Below, one piece after another: positions 55,511 through 64,000 of a stretch of DNA of 64,000 nt. Location: positions 549-64,548 of the forward strand of contig CAIYWC010000189.1 in the NCBI GenBank assembly GCA_903929795.1, read 5' to 3'. The translations under genes were made by a program, and so were the position numbers. Position 1 is the first letter of the stretch; each line of letters opens with the position of its first letter. The notes beneath the pieces were generated by a model, which saw nothing but the letters and a program-made list of their open reading frames with translations, had not been told where the DNA came from and searched no databases. This DNA comes from an uncultured Myxococcales bacterium. Lineage in GTDB: Bacteria > Myxococcota_A > UBA9042.

Positions 55511-55680
55511 CCGGCGCGGAAAAAACGATACACGCCAACCGAAGTTCGCAATCAAATGCCCTTCATCCGCGGCGTGCCACCAAAGGTGCACGCTCGCGGT
55601 CTCAGTCCGAAATGCATCAGGTCTGACCGCAGAAGCTTGCAGTTGGAAAGAGGTCAGCAGGTTGGAGCCGAATACGCCGG
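55511..55680. other. Structured intergenic element between convergent genes; candidate ncRNA
   Basis: Nested complementary segments: CCGGCG/CGCCGG, CCAACC/GGTTGG, CTTC/GAAG, and two apical hairpins GCGTGC/GCACGC and GCGGTC/GACCGC. Confidence 0.35.
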
Positions 55681-55691
55681 GGCGCGATAGT

Positions 55692-56747
55692 TCACGGCCG
55701 ACTTTTGCCCGCTGTCGGTGGGAATGGCGGCAACGGCGGCCAGCCCGGCGGCACCGGCAGCCCGCGGCGCTCCGCCAGGTCGCCCACCGCCCGCAGCGCC
55801 GCAAACTGCCCCAGCCAAGCCGCGCGCCACGGATTGTCGCACCGGCCCACCAGGCACGCGATGTGCACGGCAAACCGCGTCGCGGTCTTGCGCGGCAGCC
55901 GCATGTACGCCCGCTGGCCCCTGGCCACCAGCGCGTCCTGCAGGTCCGGCCGCGGCACTGGCCACGGCAGCGCGTGGGGGCCCAGCAGCGCCGCGAGCAT
56001 TTGCTGCGCCTGCCGCCAGGCCCGCGTCAGGTGCCAGCGCCGCGCGAGCGTGTCCAAGCGCGCGGGCTCCAGCTGCGGATGCGGGCGGACAAACGCGGCG
56101 AGGTCGATGAGCCACAGCGGCCGCTCAAAATCGTGCGACGCGGCGTGCGCGGCCAGGTAGACAAGCTCCGCGTGCGGCTCCAGCTGACCGTCAGGCTGCA
56201 GCAGATCCGCCGCCTCGATGCGCGTGCCCAGCGCGTGCAGCGGCGCCCAATGCAGCTCCAGCGGCGGCGACGCCGGGCGCGCCAGGATCACGTGGTGGTG
56301 GTGCCGCAGGTGGTGCGCCGTCTCGCGCGTGTCGGGGAGCGTGTAGTCCAGCGCCGCCAGCACGGTCAGCGCGGCGTCCAGCTGCGCGGGCGGCACCAGC
56401 AGGTCCACGTCGGTCGAACGCCGCACCAGCGGCCGCGGGTAGATGCGCGCCGCGAGCAGCGGGCCCTTGAGCGGCGCCACGGCGATGTCGGCTTGGCGCA
56501 GCGCCGCCAGCGCTTCCTCGGCGCACGCGCGAATCCACGCCTGCTCCATCTCCGCGGCCAGGCGCGGCTGTTCGGCCTGCACGCGCTGCTCCGGCGTCAC
56601 GGCCAGCAGCCCGGCGTCCGCCAGCGCGGGCACCAGCCCTTCCAGGCCCAGCTGTGAACCCAGCGCCTGCCACGCCGCCACGTCCGCCGGCGGCTGGCCA
56701 TGGCCATCGGGGTCGGGCGCGGCAAACAGCAGCGGCAGCAGGTCCAT
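55692..56747 (-). CDS. Nucleotidyltransferase family protein (NTP_transf_5-like)
   Basis: PLKG..LA..IY.....R.S.DVDLLV, LELHW, YLAAHAA.H, WL.DL. Confidence 0.85.
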   Translation of the reverse strand: MDLLPLLFAAPDPDGHGQPPADVAAWQALGSQLGLEGLVPALADAGLLAVTPEQRVQAEQPRLAAEMEQAWIRACAEEALAALRQADIAVAPLKGPLLAARIYPRPLVRRSTDVDLLVPPAQLDAALTVLAALDYTLPDTRETAHHLRHHHHVILARPASPPLELHWAPLHALGTRIEAADLLQPDGQLEPHAELVYLAAHAASHDFERPLWLIDLAAFVRPHPQLEPARLDTLARRWHLTRAWRQAQQMLAALLGPHALPWPVPRPDLQDALVARGQRAYMRLPRKTATRFAVHIACLVGRCDNPWRAAWLGQFAALRAVGDLAERRGLPVPPGWPPLPPFPPTAGKSRP

Positions 56748-56820
56748 CGGCGTCAGCTCCAAGCGGACGGGCGGCGGTGGCGCCTGCCGGCAGCGCTGAC
56801 AGAGACACAGGTCAGCGTGC

Positions 56821-58500
56821 TCAAAACAAGCCCTCCACCAAGCCTTTTTCGTTGATGTGGATGCTGTTGGCCGCCGGCACGCGCGGCAGCCCGGGCATGG
56901 TCATGACCTCGCCGCAGATGACCACCACGAATTCCGCGCCCGTGGCCAAGCGAATTTCGCGGATCGGCACCGTGTGGTTGCTCGGCGCGCCTTTCAGGTT
57001 CTGGTCGGTGGAAAAGCTGTAGGGCGTCTTGGCGATGCAGACCGGAAAGTGGCCGTAGCCCTGATTTTCATAGGCGTGCAGCTCGTCGCGCACTTTCTTG
57101 TCGGCGATGACCTCGCTGGCGCCATAGAGCCGCGTGGCGATCGCCTTGACCTTGTCAAACAGCGGCATCTCGTCCGGGTACAGCGGCGCGTACTGCGCGT
57201 GGCCGGTATCCGCGATCGCAGCGACCGCTTGCGCCAGCTCCGCCGTGCCCGCGCCGCCGTCTGACCAGTGCGTGCACAAGAACGCCCGCGAGCCCATCTC
57301 CGCCGCCACGTCGCTCACCAGCTGGATTTCCGCGGGCGAATCTGTGTCAAACCGGTTGATCGCCACCACCGCCGGCACGCCAAACTGCTTCAAATTCGCG
57401 AGGTGTCGCTTCAGGTTCGCCACGCCTTTTTGCAGCGTCACCAGATCCGGCGTCTCCAGGTTGGCGATATCCGCGCCGCCGTGCGCCTTCAATGCGCGCA
57501 CTGTCGCCAGCAGCACCACGGCGTTGGGCTTGAGGCCCGCCTTGCGGCACTTGATGTCGAAGAACTTTTCCGCGCCCAAATCCGCGCCGAAGCCGGCTTC
57601 CGTCACGACGTAATCTGCCAGCTTGAGCGCGGTTTTCGTCGCCACCACGGAGTTGCAGCCATGCGCGATGTTGGCAAATGGCCCGCCGTGCACGAACGCC
57701 GGATTGCCCTCCAGCGTCTGCACCAGATTGGGCATCAGCGCGTCCTTGAGCAGCACGCTCATCGCGCCATGGGCTTGCAAGTCGCGGGCGAAAATCGGCT
57801 TTTTGTCGAACGTGTAGCCCACCAGGATGTTGCCCAGCCGGCGGTTCAAGTCCGCGTGGTTCTCCGCCAAGCAAAAGATCGCCATGACCTCCGACGCCAC
57901 CGTGATGTTGAAGCCCGTCTCGCGCGGCGTCCCGTCGCTCGCGCCACCCAGGCCGGTGACCATCGACCGCAGCGACCGGTCGTTCATGTCCACAGCGCGC
58001 CGCCACGTGACGCGCCGCAGGTCGATGTTCAGCGCGTTGCCCCAGTGGACGTGGTTGTCGATCAGCGCCGCCAGCAGGTTGTTCGCCGCGCCGATCGCAT
58101 GGAAATCACCGGTGAAATGCAGGTTGATGTCCTCCATCGGCACGACTTGCGCATAACCGCCGCCGGCCGCGCCGCCTTTCATGCCAAAGCATGGGCCGAG
58201 GCTGGGCTCGCGCAGGCAGACCATGGCGTTCTTGCCGATGCGGTTCAGGCCGTCGGTCAGGCCGACGCTGAGCGTGGTCTTGCCTTCGCCGGCGGCGGTC
58301 GGCGAGATGGCGGTCACGAGGATCAGCTTGCCGCTGGGCTTGGCGGCGAGCGTGTCGATGAAATCGAACGCGACCTTGGCCTTGCTGGGGCCATACTGGT
58401 ACAAGCTGGCCTGCGGGATGCCGAGGCGCTCAGCGACGTGGCTGATGGGCCGGACCGGCGCGCTGCGGGCGATGTCGATGTCTTGCGGGATGGAGCGCAT
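56821..58500 (-). CDS. fhs: Formate--tetrahydrofolate ligase
   Basis: [73 protein letters not shown]. Confidence 0.97.
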   Translation of the reverse strand: MRSIPQDIDIARSAPVRPISHVAERLGIPQASLYQYGPSKAKVAFDFIDTLAAKPSGKLILVTAISPTAAGEGKTTLSVGLTDGLNRIGKNAMVCLREPSLGPCFGMKGGAAGGGYAQVVPMEDINLHFTGDFHAIGAANNLLAALIDNHVHWGNALNIDLRRVTWRRAVDMNDRSLRSMVTGLGGASDGTPRETGFNITVASEVMAIFCLAENHADLNRRLGNILVGYTFDKKPIFARDLQAHGAMSVLLKDALMPNLVQTLEGNPAFVHGGPFANIAHGCNSVVATKTALKLADYVVTEAGFGADLGAEKFFDIKCRKAGLKPNAVVLLATVRALKAHGGADIANLETPDLVTLQKGVANLKRHLANLKQFGVPAVVAINRFDTDSPAEIQLVSDVAAEMGSRAFLCTHWSDGGAGTAELAQAVAAIADTGHAQYAPLYPDEMPLFDKVKAIATRLYGASEVIADKKVRDELHAYENQGYGHFPVCIAKTPYSFSTDQNLKGAPSNHTVPIREIRLATGAEFVVVICGEVMTMPGLPRVPAANSIHINEKGLVEGLF

Positions 58501-58587
58501 GCGGATTCCCCTGCCGCGGCTACGCTTTGGGCGGCGGCAGGTTTGTAGGGCGAAATCGCGGCGGGGGCAAGCGGCAGCCGGCGGGCG

Positions 58588-61344
58588 TCACGCTTTCGGC
58601 TTTCGCGGCGACTCCACGCGCTCCGCGTCTTCACGCGGCGCGGTCTCGCCTTGAACCTCCACCGCCACCACCTTGTATTCCGGACACTTCGCCTCGGAGT
58701 CCATCACGTCGCTCGTCAGCCGGTTCACGTCGCTCTCGGGGAAGTGGAACGTCGTGCTCAGCGTGCCCGGCAGCACCGCGTCGGTCACGTGTGCGTGCAG
58801 GTGGATTTCCCCGCGCGCGGACGTCACCCGCACGCGCGCGCCGTCTGCGATCCCGCGCGCCGCCGCGTCCAGCGGGTGCATCAGCAGCACGTCCTCGGTC
58901 TTCAGCGCCACGTTGCCAGTGCGCCGCGTCATCGTCCCGCAGTTGTAGTGGACCAGGTCGCGCACGGTCGACAGCACCAGCGGGAACGCGTCGCCGTGGT
59001 CGGTCAGCTCCGGGCTCTGCTGCCAGTCGACGAAGAAGAACGGCGCGCGGCCGATCTTGAACGCGTCCGTGTGCAAAATCCGCGTCTCCTGGCCGTCCGG
59101 CGTCACCGGCCATTGCTTGCCCTGCGCGCCGAGCTCAGCCCACTTCACGCCGGCGAAAAACGGCACGACCTGGCTGATTTCCGCCAGCAGCGTCGCCGGA
59201 TCGTACAGCGGCTGCGGGTAGCCCATGCGGTTCATCATCGCCACGACGATCTCGCCGTCCGGCAGCGTGCCTTCCAGCGGCGCCACGGCCCGGTTCACCC
59301 GCTGGATGCGCCGCTCGCCGTTGGTAAACGTCCCCGATTTCTCCAGGAACGACGCGCCCGGCAGCACCACTGTCGCCAGCCGCGCCGTGTCGGTCAGGAA
59401 CAGCTCCTCCACGATCAGCAGCTCCAGGCCCTGGCACGCCGCCACGACCTTGGTGGTGTTCGGGTCGGTCTGCGCCACGTCCTCGCCCATGATCCACAAG
59501 GCTTTCAACTTGCCGTCCAGCGCCGCGTCAAACATCTCCGGGATCTTGTAGCCCTTGGCCGACGGCACCGGCACGCCATACTGCTGGGCATAATGCGCCA
59601 GGTTCTGCGGCACCGTCACGTCCAGGTAGCCCGCGCCCTGGTGCGGCTGCACGCCCATGTCGGCCGCGCCCTGCACATTGTTTTGGCCCCGCAGCGGGTT
59701 CACGCCGACGCCGGGCCGGCCGATGTTGCCGGTGATCATCGCCAGCTGGGCAATCAGCATGACCGCGAACGTGCCCTGGTTGTGCTCCGTGACGCCCAGG
59801 CCATGAAACGACATGGCGTTTTTCGCCGACGCGTACAGCACCGCCGCCTGCCGCGCCTGCGCGCTCGTGATGCCGGAGACCGCTTCCAGCGCCGCGATGT
59901 CCAGCTGCAGCATCCGCGCCTTGAAATCGTCAAAGCCGGTGGTGCGTTGCGCGACGAACGCCTCGTCCACCAAGCCTTCCCGCATGATGTGGTACAGCAG
60001 CATGTCCAGCACGGCGACGTTGGTCCCCGGCCGCAGCTGCAGGTGCACGTCCGCGTAGCGCGCGAGCTCAGTCCGGCGCGGGTCGATGACGATCAGCGGC
60101 ACGCCGCGCAGCGCTACCTGCTTGATCTTCGCGCCGGTGACCGGGTGGCCCGCGGTCGTGTTGCTGCCGATGACGAGCACGCAGTTCGTGTGGTCCAAGT
60201 CGGCGATCGAGTTGGTCGCCGCACCCAGCCCGAACGTCCGCTGCATCCCGAGCGCGGTCGGCGCGTGGCAGACCCGCGCGCAGCCATCGATGTTGTTCGT
60301 GCCGATGACCGCGCGAAAAAACTTCTGCATCAGGTAGTTTTCTTCGTTCGTGCACCGCGATGAGGAGATGCCGGCGATGGCGTCCGGGCCGTGCTTTGCC
60401 CTGATGGCGCTCAGCCGCTCGGCGATGAAGTCGAACGCCTCGTCCCAGCTGGCCGGCACGAGCGTGCCGCCCTTGCGGATCAGCGGCGTGCGCAGCCGGT
60501 CCTTGTGGTTGTAAAAGCCGAACGCATACCGGCCCTTGACGCACGCGTGGCCGGGATTGACGGCTGAATCGTACGGCGCGCTGATGCTGTGGACGGCCTC
60601 GTCGCGCACGTCGACAAGCAGGTTGCAGCCGACGCCGCAGTACGTGCAGGTCGTGCGGATTTGGCTTTCGGGGCGCGGCTTGGCGGACTCGAAGACGTCG
60701 CAGATCGCCGCGGTGGGGCAGGCTTGCGCGCAGGCGCCGCAGCTGACGCAGTCGCTCTCGGCAAAATTCTGGTCCATGCCCTTGACGACGCGCGTGGCAA
60801 ACCCGCGGCCGGCCATGCTGAGCACGAACTGGCCCTGGATCTCGTCGCAGGCGCGGATGCAGCGGTAGCAGTGGATGCACTTGGCGAGGTCGGAGCGGAG
60901 GTACGTGTGGCTCTCGTCGCGCGGCGTGGCGAGCTGCGTGGCGCCTTCTGGGTAGCGGACGTCGCGGATGCCGACGTGCGCGGCGACGTCCTGCAGCTCG
61001 CACTGGCCGTTGGCGCTGCAGGTCAGGCAGTCCAGCGGGTGGTTGGTCAGCACGAGCTCCACGATGTTGCGGCGCAAGCGCAGCAGCCGCTCCGTGTGCG
61101 TGCGCACATGCGTGCCCGGCGTCGCGGGTGTATGGCAAGCCCCGACCACGCGCCACGGCCCGTCCGCGGACGCCGCGACCTCCACCGAGCACAGCCGACA
61201 GCTGCCAAACGGCTTCAGATGCGGCGCGTCGCACAGCGTCGGGATGAATTTCGCGCCCTTGTGCCGGTGGATGAGCTGCAGCAGCGTCTCGCCCGGCGCC
61301 AGCGCGCACGCGTCGTGATCCAGCTGGATGGCCGCGTCGCTCAT
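58588..61344 (-). CDS. fdhF: Formate dehydrogenase alpha subunit (FdhF/FdsA type; Cys ligand; N-terminal [2Fe-2S] and [4Fe-4S] domains)
   Basis: IPTLC...GSCRLC, HPLDCLTC, CIHCYRCIRAC, CVSCGACAQACP, TCTYCGVGC, CVKGR, GCARVCH, PLRGQNNVQG, PEYK. Start at ATG 61344 (ATGA overlap, GGAGG RBS). Confidence 0.95.
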   Translation of the reverse strand: MSDAAIQLDHDACALAPGETLLQLIHRHKGAKFIPTLCDAPHLKPFGSCRLCSVEVAASADGPWRVVGACHTPATPGTHVRTHTERLLRLRRNIVELVLTNHPLDCLTCSANGQCELQDVAAHVGIRDVRYPEGATQLATPRDESHTYLRSDLAKCIHCYRCIRACDEIQGQFVLSMAGRGFATRVVKGMDQNFAESDCVSCGACAQACPTAAICDVFESAKPRPESQIRTTCTYCGVGCNLLVDVRDEAVHSISAPYDSAVNPGHACVKGRYAFGFYNHKDRLRTPLIRKGGTLVPASWDEAFDFIAERLSAIRAKHGPDAIAGISSSRCTNEENYLMQKFFRAVIGTNNIDGCARVCHAPTALGMQRTFGLGAATNSIADLDHTNCVLVIGSNTTAGHPVTGAKIKQVALRGVPLIVIDPRRTELARYADVHLQLRPGTNVAVLDMLLYHIMREGLVDEAFVAQRTTGFDDFKARMLQLDIAALEAVSGITSAQARQAAVLYASAKNAMSFHGLGVTEHNQGTFAVMLIAQLAMITGNIGRPGVGVNPLRGQNNVQGAADMGVQPHQGAGYLDVTVPQNLAHYAQQYGVPVPSAKGYKIPEMFDAALDGKLKALWIMGEDVAQTDPNTTKVVAACQGLELLIVEELFLTDTARLATVVLPGASFLEKSGTFTNGERRIQRVNRAVAPLEGTLPDGEIVVAMMNRMGYPQPLYDPATLLAEISQVVPFFAGVKWAELGAQGKQWPVTPDGQETRILHTDAFKIGRAPFFFVDWQQSPELTDHGDAFPLVLSTVRDLVHYNCGTMTRRTGNVALKTEDVLLMHPLDAAARGIADGARVRVTSARGEIHLHAHVTDAVLPGTLSTTFHFPESDVNRLTSDVMDSEAKCPEYKVVAVEVQGETAPREDAERVESPRKPKA

Positions 61345-62981
61345 GGCGTGCCTCCGGTGAAATACGGCGCCAGCTCGTCGCCGAAATACGCCAGCGCGTT
61401 GCGGATCGGCAGCGGCAGGCCACCGCCCAGCGCGCACAGCGAGCCGATCTCCAGCGTCTCGAGCAGGTCGGCAAACAGCTGGGTGTCGATGGCGCGCTCG
61501 TTGGCGCCGCGCAGCAGCTCCAGGCCGCGCTGGGAACCGATGCGGCACGGATAGCACTTGCCGCAACTCTCGGACGCCGTGAACGCGAACAGGTGCGCAA
61601 GCAGCTGGATCATCGGCATCGCCTCTGGAATCCCGACGATGCTGGCGTGGCCCAGCAGGAACCCGGCGTCGTGCAGCGACTCGAAGTCGAGGTGCAGCTT
61701 GGCGACCTGATCGCGCGGCACGATGCCGCCCAGCGGTCCGCCGATCTGCCATGCTTTCACCGGAATGCGCGAGCCGCCGCCCAGGCCGTCGAGGATGTCC
61801 GCGAGCGGCGTGCCCATCGGCACCTCGTAGACGCCGGGGCGGTGGAAGGTGCCGTCCAGGCAGACCAACTTGGTGCCGGTGGACCTGGCGCTGCCGCACT
61901 GGGCGAATTCCCCGGCGCCGTGCGCGACGATCGCCGGCAGGCAGGCGAGCGACTCGACGTTCGACACCACGGTCGGCTGCAGGAACAGGCCTTGGACCAC
62001 GGGAAATGGCGGCCGCACGCGCACTTCCGGCCGCTGGCCTTCCAAGGACGAGAGCAGCGCCGTCTCCTCCCCGCACACGTACGAGCCCGCGCCGGCGACC
62101 GCGATGAACTCCAGGTCATGGCCGGTGCCGTGCGCCTCGACCGCGGCAATCGCGGCTTCCACGGCGCGCAGCGCCTCGGGATATTCAGCGCGGATGTAGA
62201 CGATCGCCGCATCCGCACCGACGATCCGCGCGGCGATCGCCATGCCCAGCAGCACGAGAAATGGCTGTTGTTCCAGCAAGTAGCGGTCCGAGAACGCGCC
62301 GGGATCGCCTTCATCGCCATTGCAGACAACGAACTTCTGCGCGCCATCGCCCGGCTTGCCTGTCTCCAGCTTGCACGCGTCCAGCTTGCGCGCCAGCGGA
62401 AAGCCCGCGCCGCCGCGCCCGCGCAGCCCGCTCGCAGCCACTTGGGCCAGCAGCGCGTCCGCCGGCGCCGCGAAGACCGCGTCCAGCCGCGTCAGGAATT
62501 GCGGCAAATCCAGCGGCTGCCCGGTCAGGAACCGGTGGGACGAGCTGGCTTGCGCGTGAATCGGCGCCTGCGGCGGCGACTGGCCGGCGAGCGCCGCCGC
62601 GACGTCAGTCTGCCCCGAGAAATTCTGCCCGCCGAACTGGAACGCCGCGTTTTCATAGCAGCGGCCCAGACAGACCGCCGCGCCGATGTGCGCGGGCGCG
62701 ACGTGCGCGGCGATCGCGTCCCGGAGCGCCGGCTGCGTGCCCGCCAGCTCGCAGCAGGTGCCGCTGCAGACGCGCACCCTATGACCGGCGGCGTCAGGGC
62801 GCAGGTCGTCGTAAAACGAGGCGGTGCCGTACAAGGACGCCTTGCCGAACAGGGTGGTCTCGCTGAGCGCGCGGAAGTCCTCGCGGCCCAGCGTGTGCGC
62901 GCGCGAGCGGCTGACGAGATCGCGGAAGATGCCAGCGCGGACACCCTTTTTGCCGGAGAGATGCGAGAGGTTGGCGGACAT
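61341..62981 (-). CDS. Fused NuoE/NuoF-like (FdsG+FdsB) NAD/FMN-binding subunit of formate dehydrogenase
   Basis: N-terminal CSGTCC...CLGRC [2Fe-2S]; GLRGRGGAGFP, CNGDEGDPG, GAGSYVCGEETAL, ESCGKCYPCRIG, SLCALG. Confidence 0.92.
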   Translation of the reverse strand: MSANLSHLSGKKGVRAGIFRDLVSRSRAHTLGREDFRALSETTLFGKASLYGTASFYDDLRPDAAGHRVRVCSGTCCELAGTQPALRDAIAAHVAPAHIGAAVCLGRCYENAAFQFGGQNFSGQTDVAAALAGQSPPQAPIHAQASSSHRFLTGQPLDLPQFLTRLDAVFAAPADALLAQVAASGLRGRGGAGFPLARKLDACKLETGKPGDGAQKFVVCNGDEGDPGAFSDRYLLEQQPFLVLLGMAIAARIVGADAAIVYIRAEYPEALRAVEAAIAAVEAHGTGHDLEFIAVAGAGSYVCGEETALLSSLEGQRPEVRVRPPFPVVQGLFLQPTVVSNVESLACLPAIVAHGAGEFAQCGSARSTGTKLVCLDGTFHRPGVYEVPMGTPLADILDGLGGGSRIPVKAWQIGGPLGGIVPRDQVAKLHLDFESLHDAGFLLGHASIVGIPEAMPMIQLLAHLFAFTASESCGKCYPCRIGSQRGLELLRGANERAIDTQLFADLLETLEIGSLCALGGGLPLPIRNALAYFGDELAPYFTGGTP

Positions 62982-63021
62982 GGCGGACTCGCCTGCGCGC
63001 ACAGGAGCGCGCGTCGCGGGC

Positions 63022-63050
63022 ACTGTGCGCCGGGTATGGGCGGGGGTCAA
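63022..63050 (-). promoter_or_regulatory. Putative sigma-70 promoter of the formate operon
   Basis: Minus strand TTGACC, 17 bp spacer, CACAGT. Imperfect direct repeats (plus strand GGTTATG/GGTTGTG/GGTTGAG, 63054-63083) lie just upstream. Confidence 0.5.
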
Positions 63051-63093
63051 GCAGGTTATGGTGGCGAGGTTGTGACGGTTGAGTGGCTGCGCG

Positions 63094-63747
63094 TCAGCCC
63101 GCCGCGGGCGCCGGCGTCTTCACCTTCTTGGGCGGCGAGCGGAAGTAGCTCTCCACGCGCGGCTTGTCCTGCTCGAACTTCAGCGTCAGCTGCGCGTGCA
63201 GGCTGCGGTAGCCGACGACCACCGCGTCCTTGGCGTCGCCTTCCGCCGTCCGCGCCTTGCCAAATGCAAGCTCCGCCGCCACCACTGCGGCATCGGCGGC
63301 CTCGCGGTTCTTCTGCGCCGCCGCCAGGTCCTTGCTCAGCTGTGCGAATTCCGCCGGCAGACCTTTTTCGGCCAGCGCGTCGATCATCGCCAGCAGGATC
63401 TTGCGGCGATCCGCTTGCGGCATCTTCAGGATGTCCGTCGCGGCTTTGGGCAGGATCTTGAGGTACCCCGGCGCCGTGCGCGAGGCGAAGTGCGCGAATG
63501 CTTTGCGACTCACCGCAATCACGCACTGGTGCAGCAGCCGCTCGCGGTAGGCGACCACGCCATGGGCGTCAGCAATCGTGTCATCCGCCTCCTGGCGCGC
63601 GGCGATGGCGACCTTGAACGCGGCGACCGGCTTGGTCAGCACCGGCGCGAAACTGGCGACATCCGGGTCCGCCTTGACCGCCGAGCCCGAAAAGCGGCAG
63701 CAGCCGAAGATGACGGCAATGGGATCGTCCTTGGTGACAAAGCGCAT
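63094..63747 (-). CDS. Hypothetical all-alpha (coiled-coil-like) protein
   Basis: GGAGG RBS before ATG 63747; Ala/Lys-rich amphipathic helices; ends ESYFR plus a Pro/Lys tail. Confidence 0.8.
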   Translation of the reverse strand: MRFVTKDDPIAVIFGCCRFSGSAVKADPDVASFAPVLTKPVAAFKVAIAARQEADDTIADAHGVVAYRERLLHQCVIAVSRKAFAHFASRTAPGYLKILPKAATDILKMPQADRRKILLAMIDALAEKGLPAEFAQLSKDLAAAQKNREAADAAVVAAELAFGKARTAEGDAKDAVVVGYRSLHAQLTLKFEQDKPRVESYFRSPPKKVKTPAPAAG

Positions 63748-63924
63748 GGGTCCTCCGGGAAACGTGGGGCGTGAAAACGTGGATCCGAACCCAACGGCGG
63801 GTCTGTCGCAAAGGCTGCAAGTGACTGTTTTTGTGGTCAAGAGGCTGGCCGCGCGGAATTGATTCAGGTCAAGGGCGCGCTTGGCAAAAGCCAAATTCGC
63901 CAGAAGCTTGTGCGGACGCGACTT

Positions 63925-64000
63925 GGTAAACGCGGCGGCGCGCGGAGGGAGGTGAAGTGACGCGGCGGTAAACGCGGAAGGGCGCGGAGGCAGGTGAAGT
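63925..64000. repeat. Degenerate tandem repeat, 42-bp period, running off the window edge
   Basis: GGTAAACGCGG..CGCGGAGG.AGGTGAAGT starts at 63925 and again at 63967. Confidence 0.75.

Noticed and set aside
55511-55680. SRP RNA, tmRNA, RNase P or tRNA identity for the structured spacer
   Set aside because: It has no SRP helix-8 motif (CAGG-GNRA-AGCAG), no tRNA-like ends or T-loop, and no GAGGAAAGUCC.
53655-56747. Lasso-peptide cluster (ABC exporter plus NTP_transf_5)
   Set aside because: No precursor, B1/B2 protein or asparagine-synthetase-like cyclase is nearby, and the two genes are convergent.
60255-60295. Selenocysteine recoding in FdhF
   Set aside because: The active-site residue is an ordinary Cys (GCARVCH) and there is no in-frame TGA.
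61345-62076. N-terminal extension of FdhF in the ORF track
   Set aside because: It overlaps the NuoEF gene in another frame. The real start at 61344 has a GGAGG RBS and an ATGA overlap.
63925-64000. Possible CRISPR array
   Set aside because: The units are contiguous and degenerate, with no unique spacers and no cas genes in view.

Overview
This is a GC-rich bacterial chromosomal segment. Gene content and the 16S 5' end point to a Myxococcota/deltaproteobacterial lineage (inference). It begins with the 5' tip of a minus-strand 16S rRNA gene and its tandem P1/P2 promoters. Housekeeping genes are rlmH, rsfS, proA, map, rpsP-khpA, a plsC-like gene, folE, a MoxR ATPase, a ferredoxin, fbp, moaC, tilS-ftsH-folP-cdaA-cdaR-lysC, an isobutyryl-CoA-mutase-type large subunit, a pilG/H/I-like ABC locus and a formate cluster (NuoEF-like, FdhF, fhs). 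Many large Cys-rich predicted lipoproteins lie between them. The best candidates for something undescribed are five. (i) A ~13.3 kb operon of five giant lipoproteins (IgGFc-binding, 6x IPT/TIG, WG-type beta-propeller repeats, Dictyostelium-type Cys repeat plus jelly-roll) behind a palindromic operator. (ii) A degenerate ResB/CcsA-like membrane pair that seems to have lost its heme-handling residues and sits directly after rpsP-khpA. (iii) A radC(JAB)-comEA-like operon with a textbook sigma-54/IHF/enhancer promoter, whose second ORF has no stop codon. (iv) A Y-shaped structured intergenic RNA candidate at ~55.5-55.7 kb. (v) An uncharacterised helical protein next to a 42-bp-period repeat at the window end. 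I saw no CRISPR array, tRNA, transposase or prophage. All annotations come from motif recognition by eye; no database searches were run.
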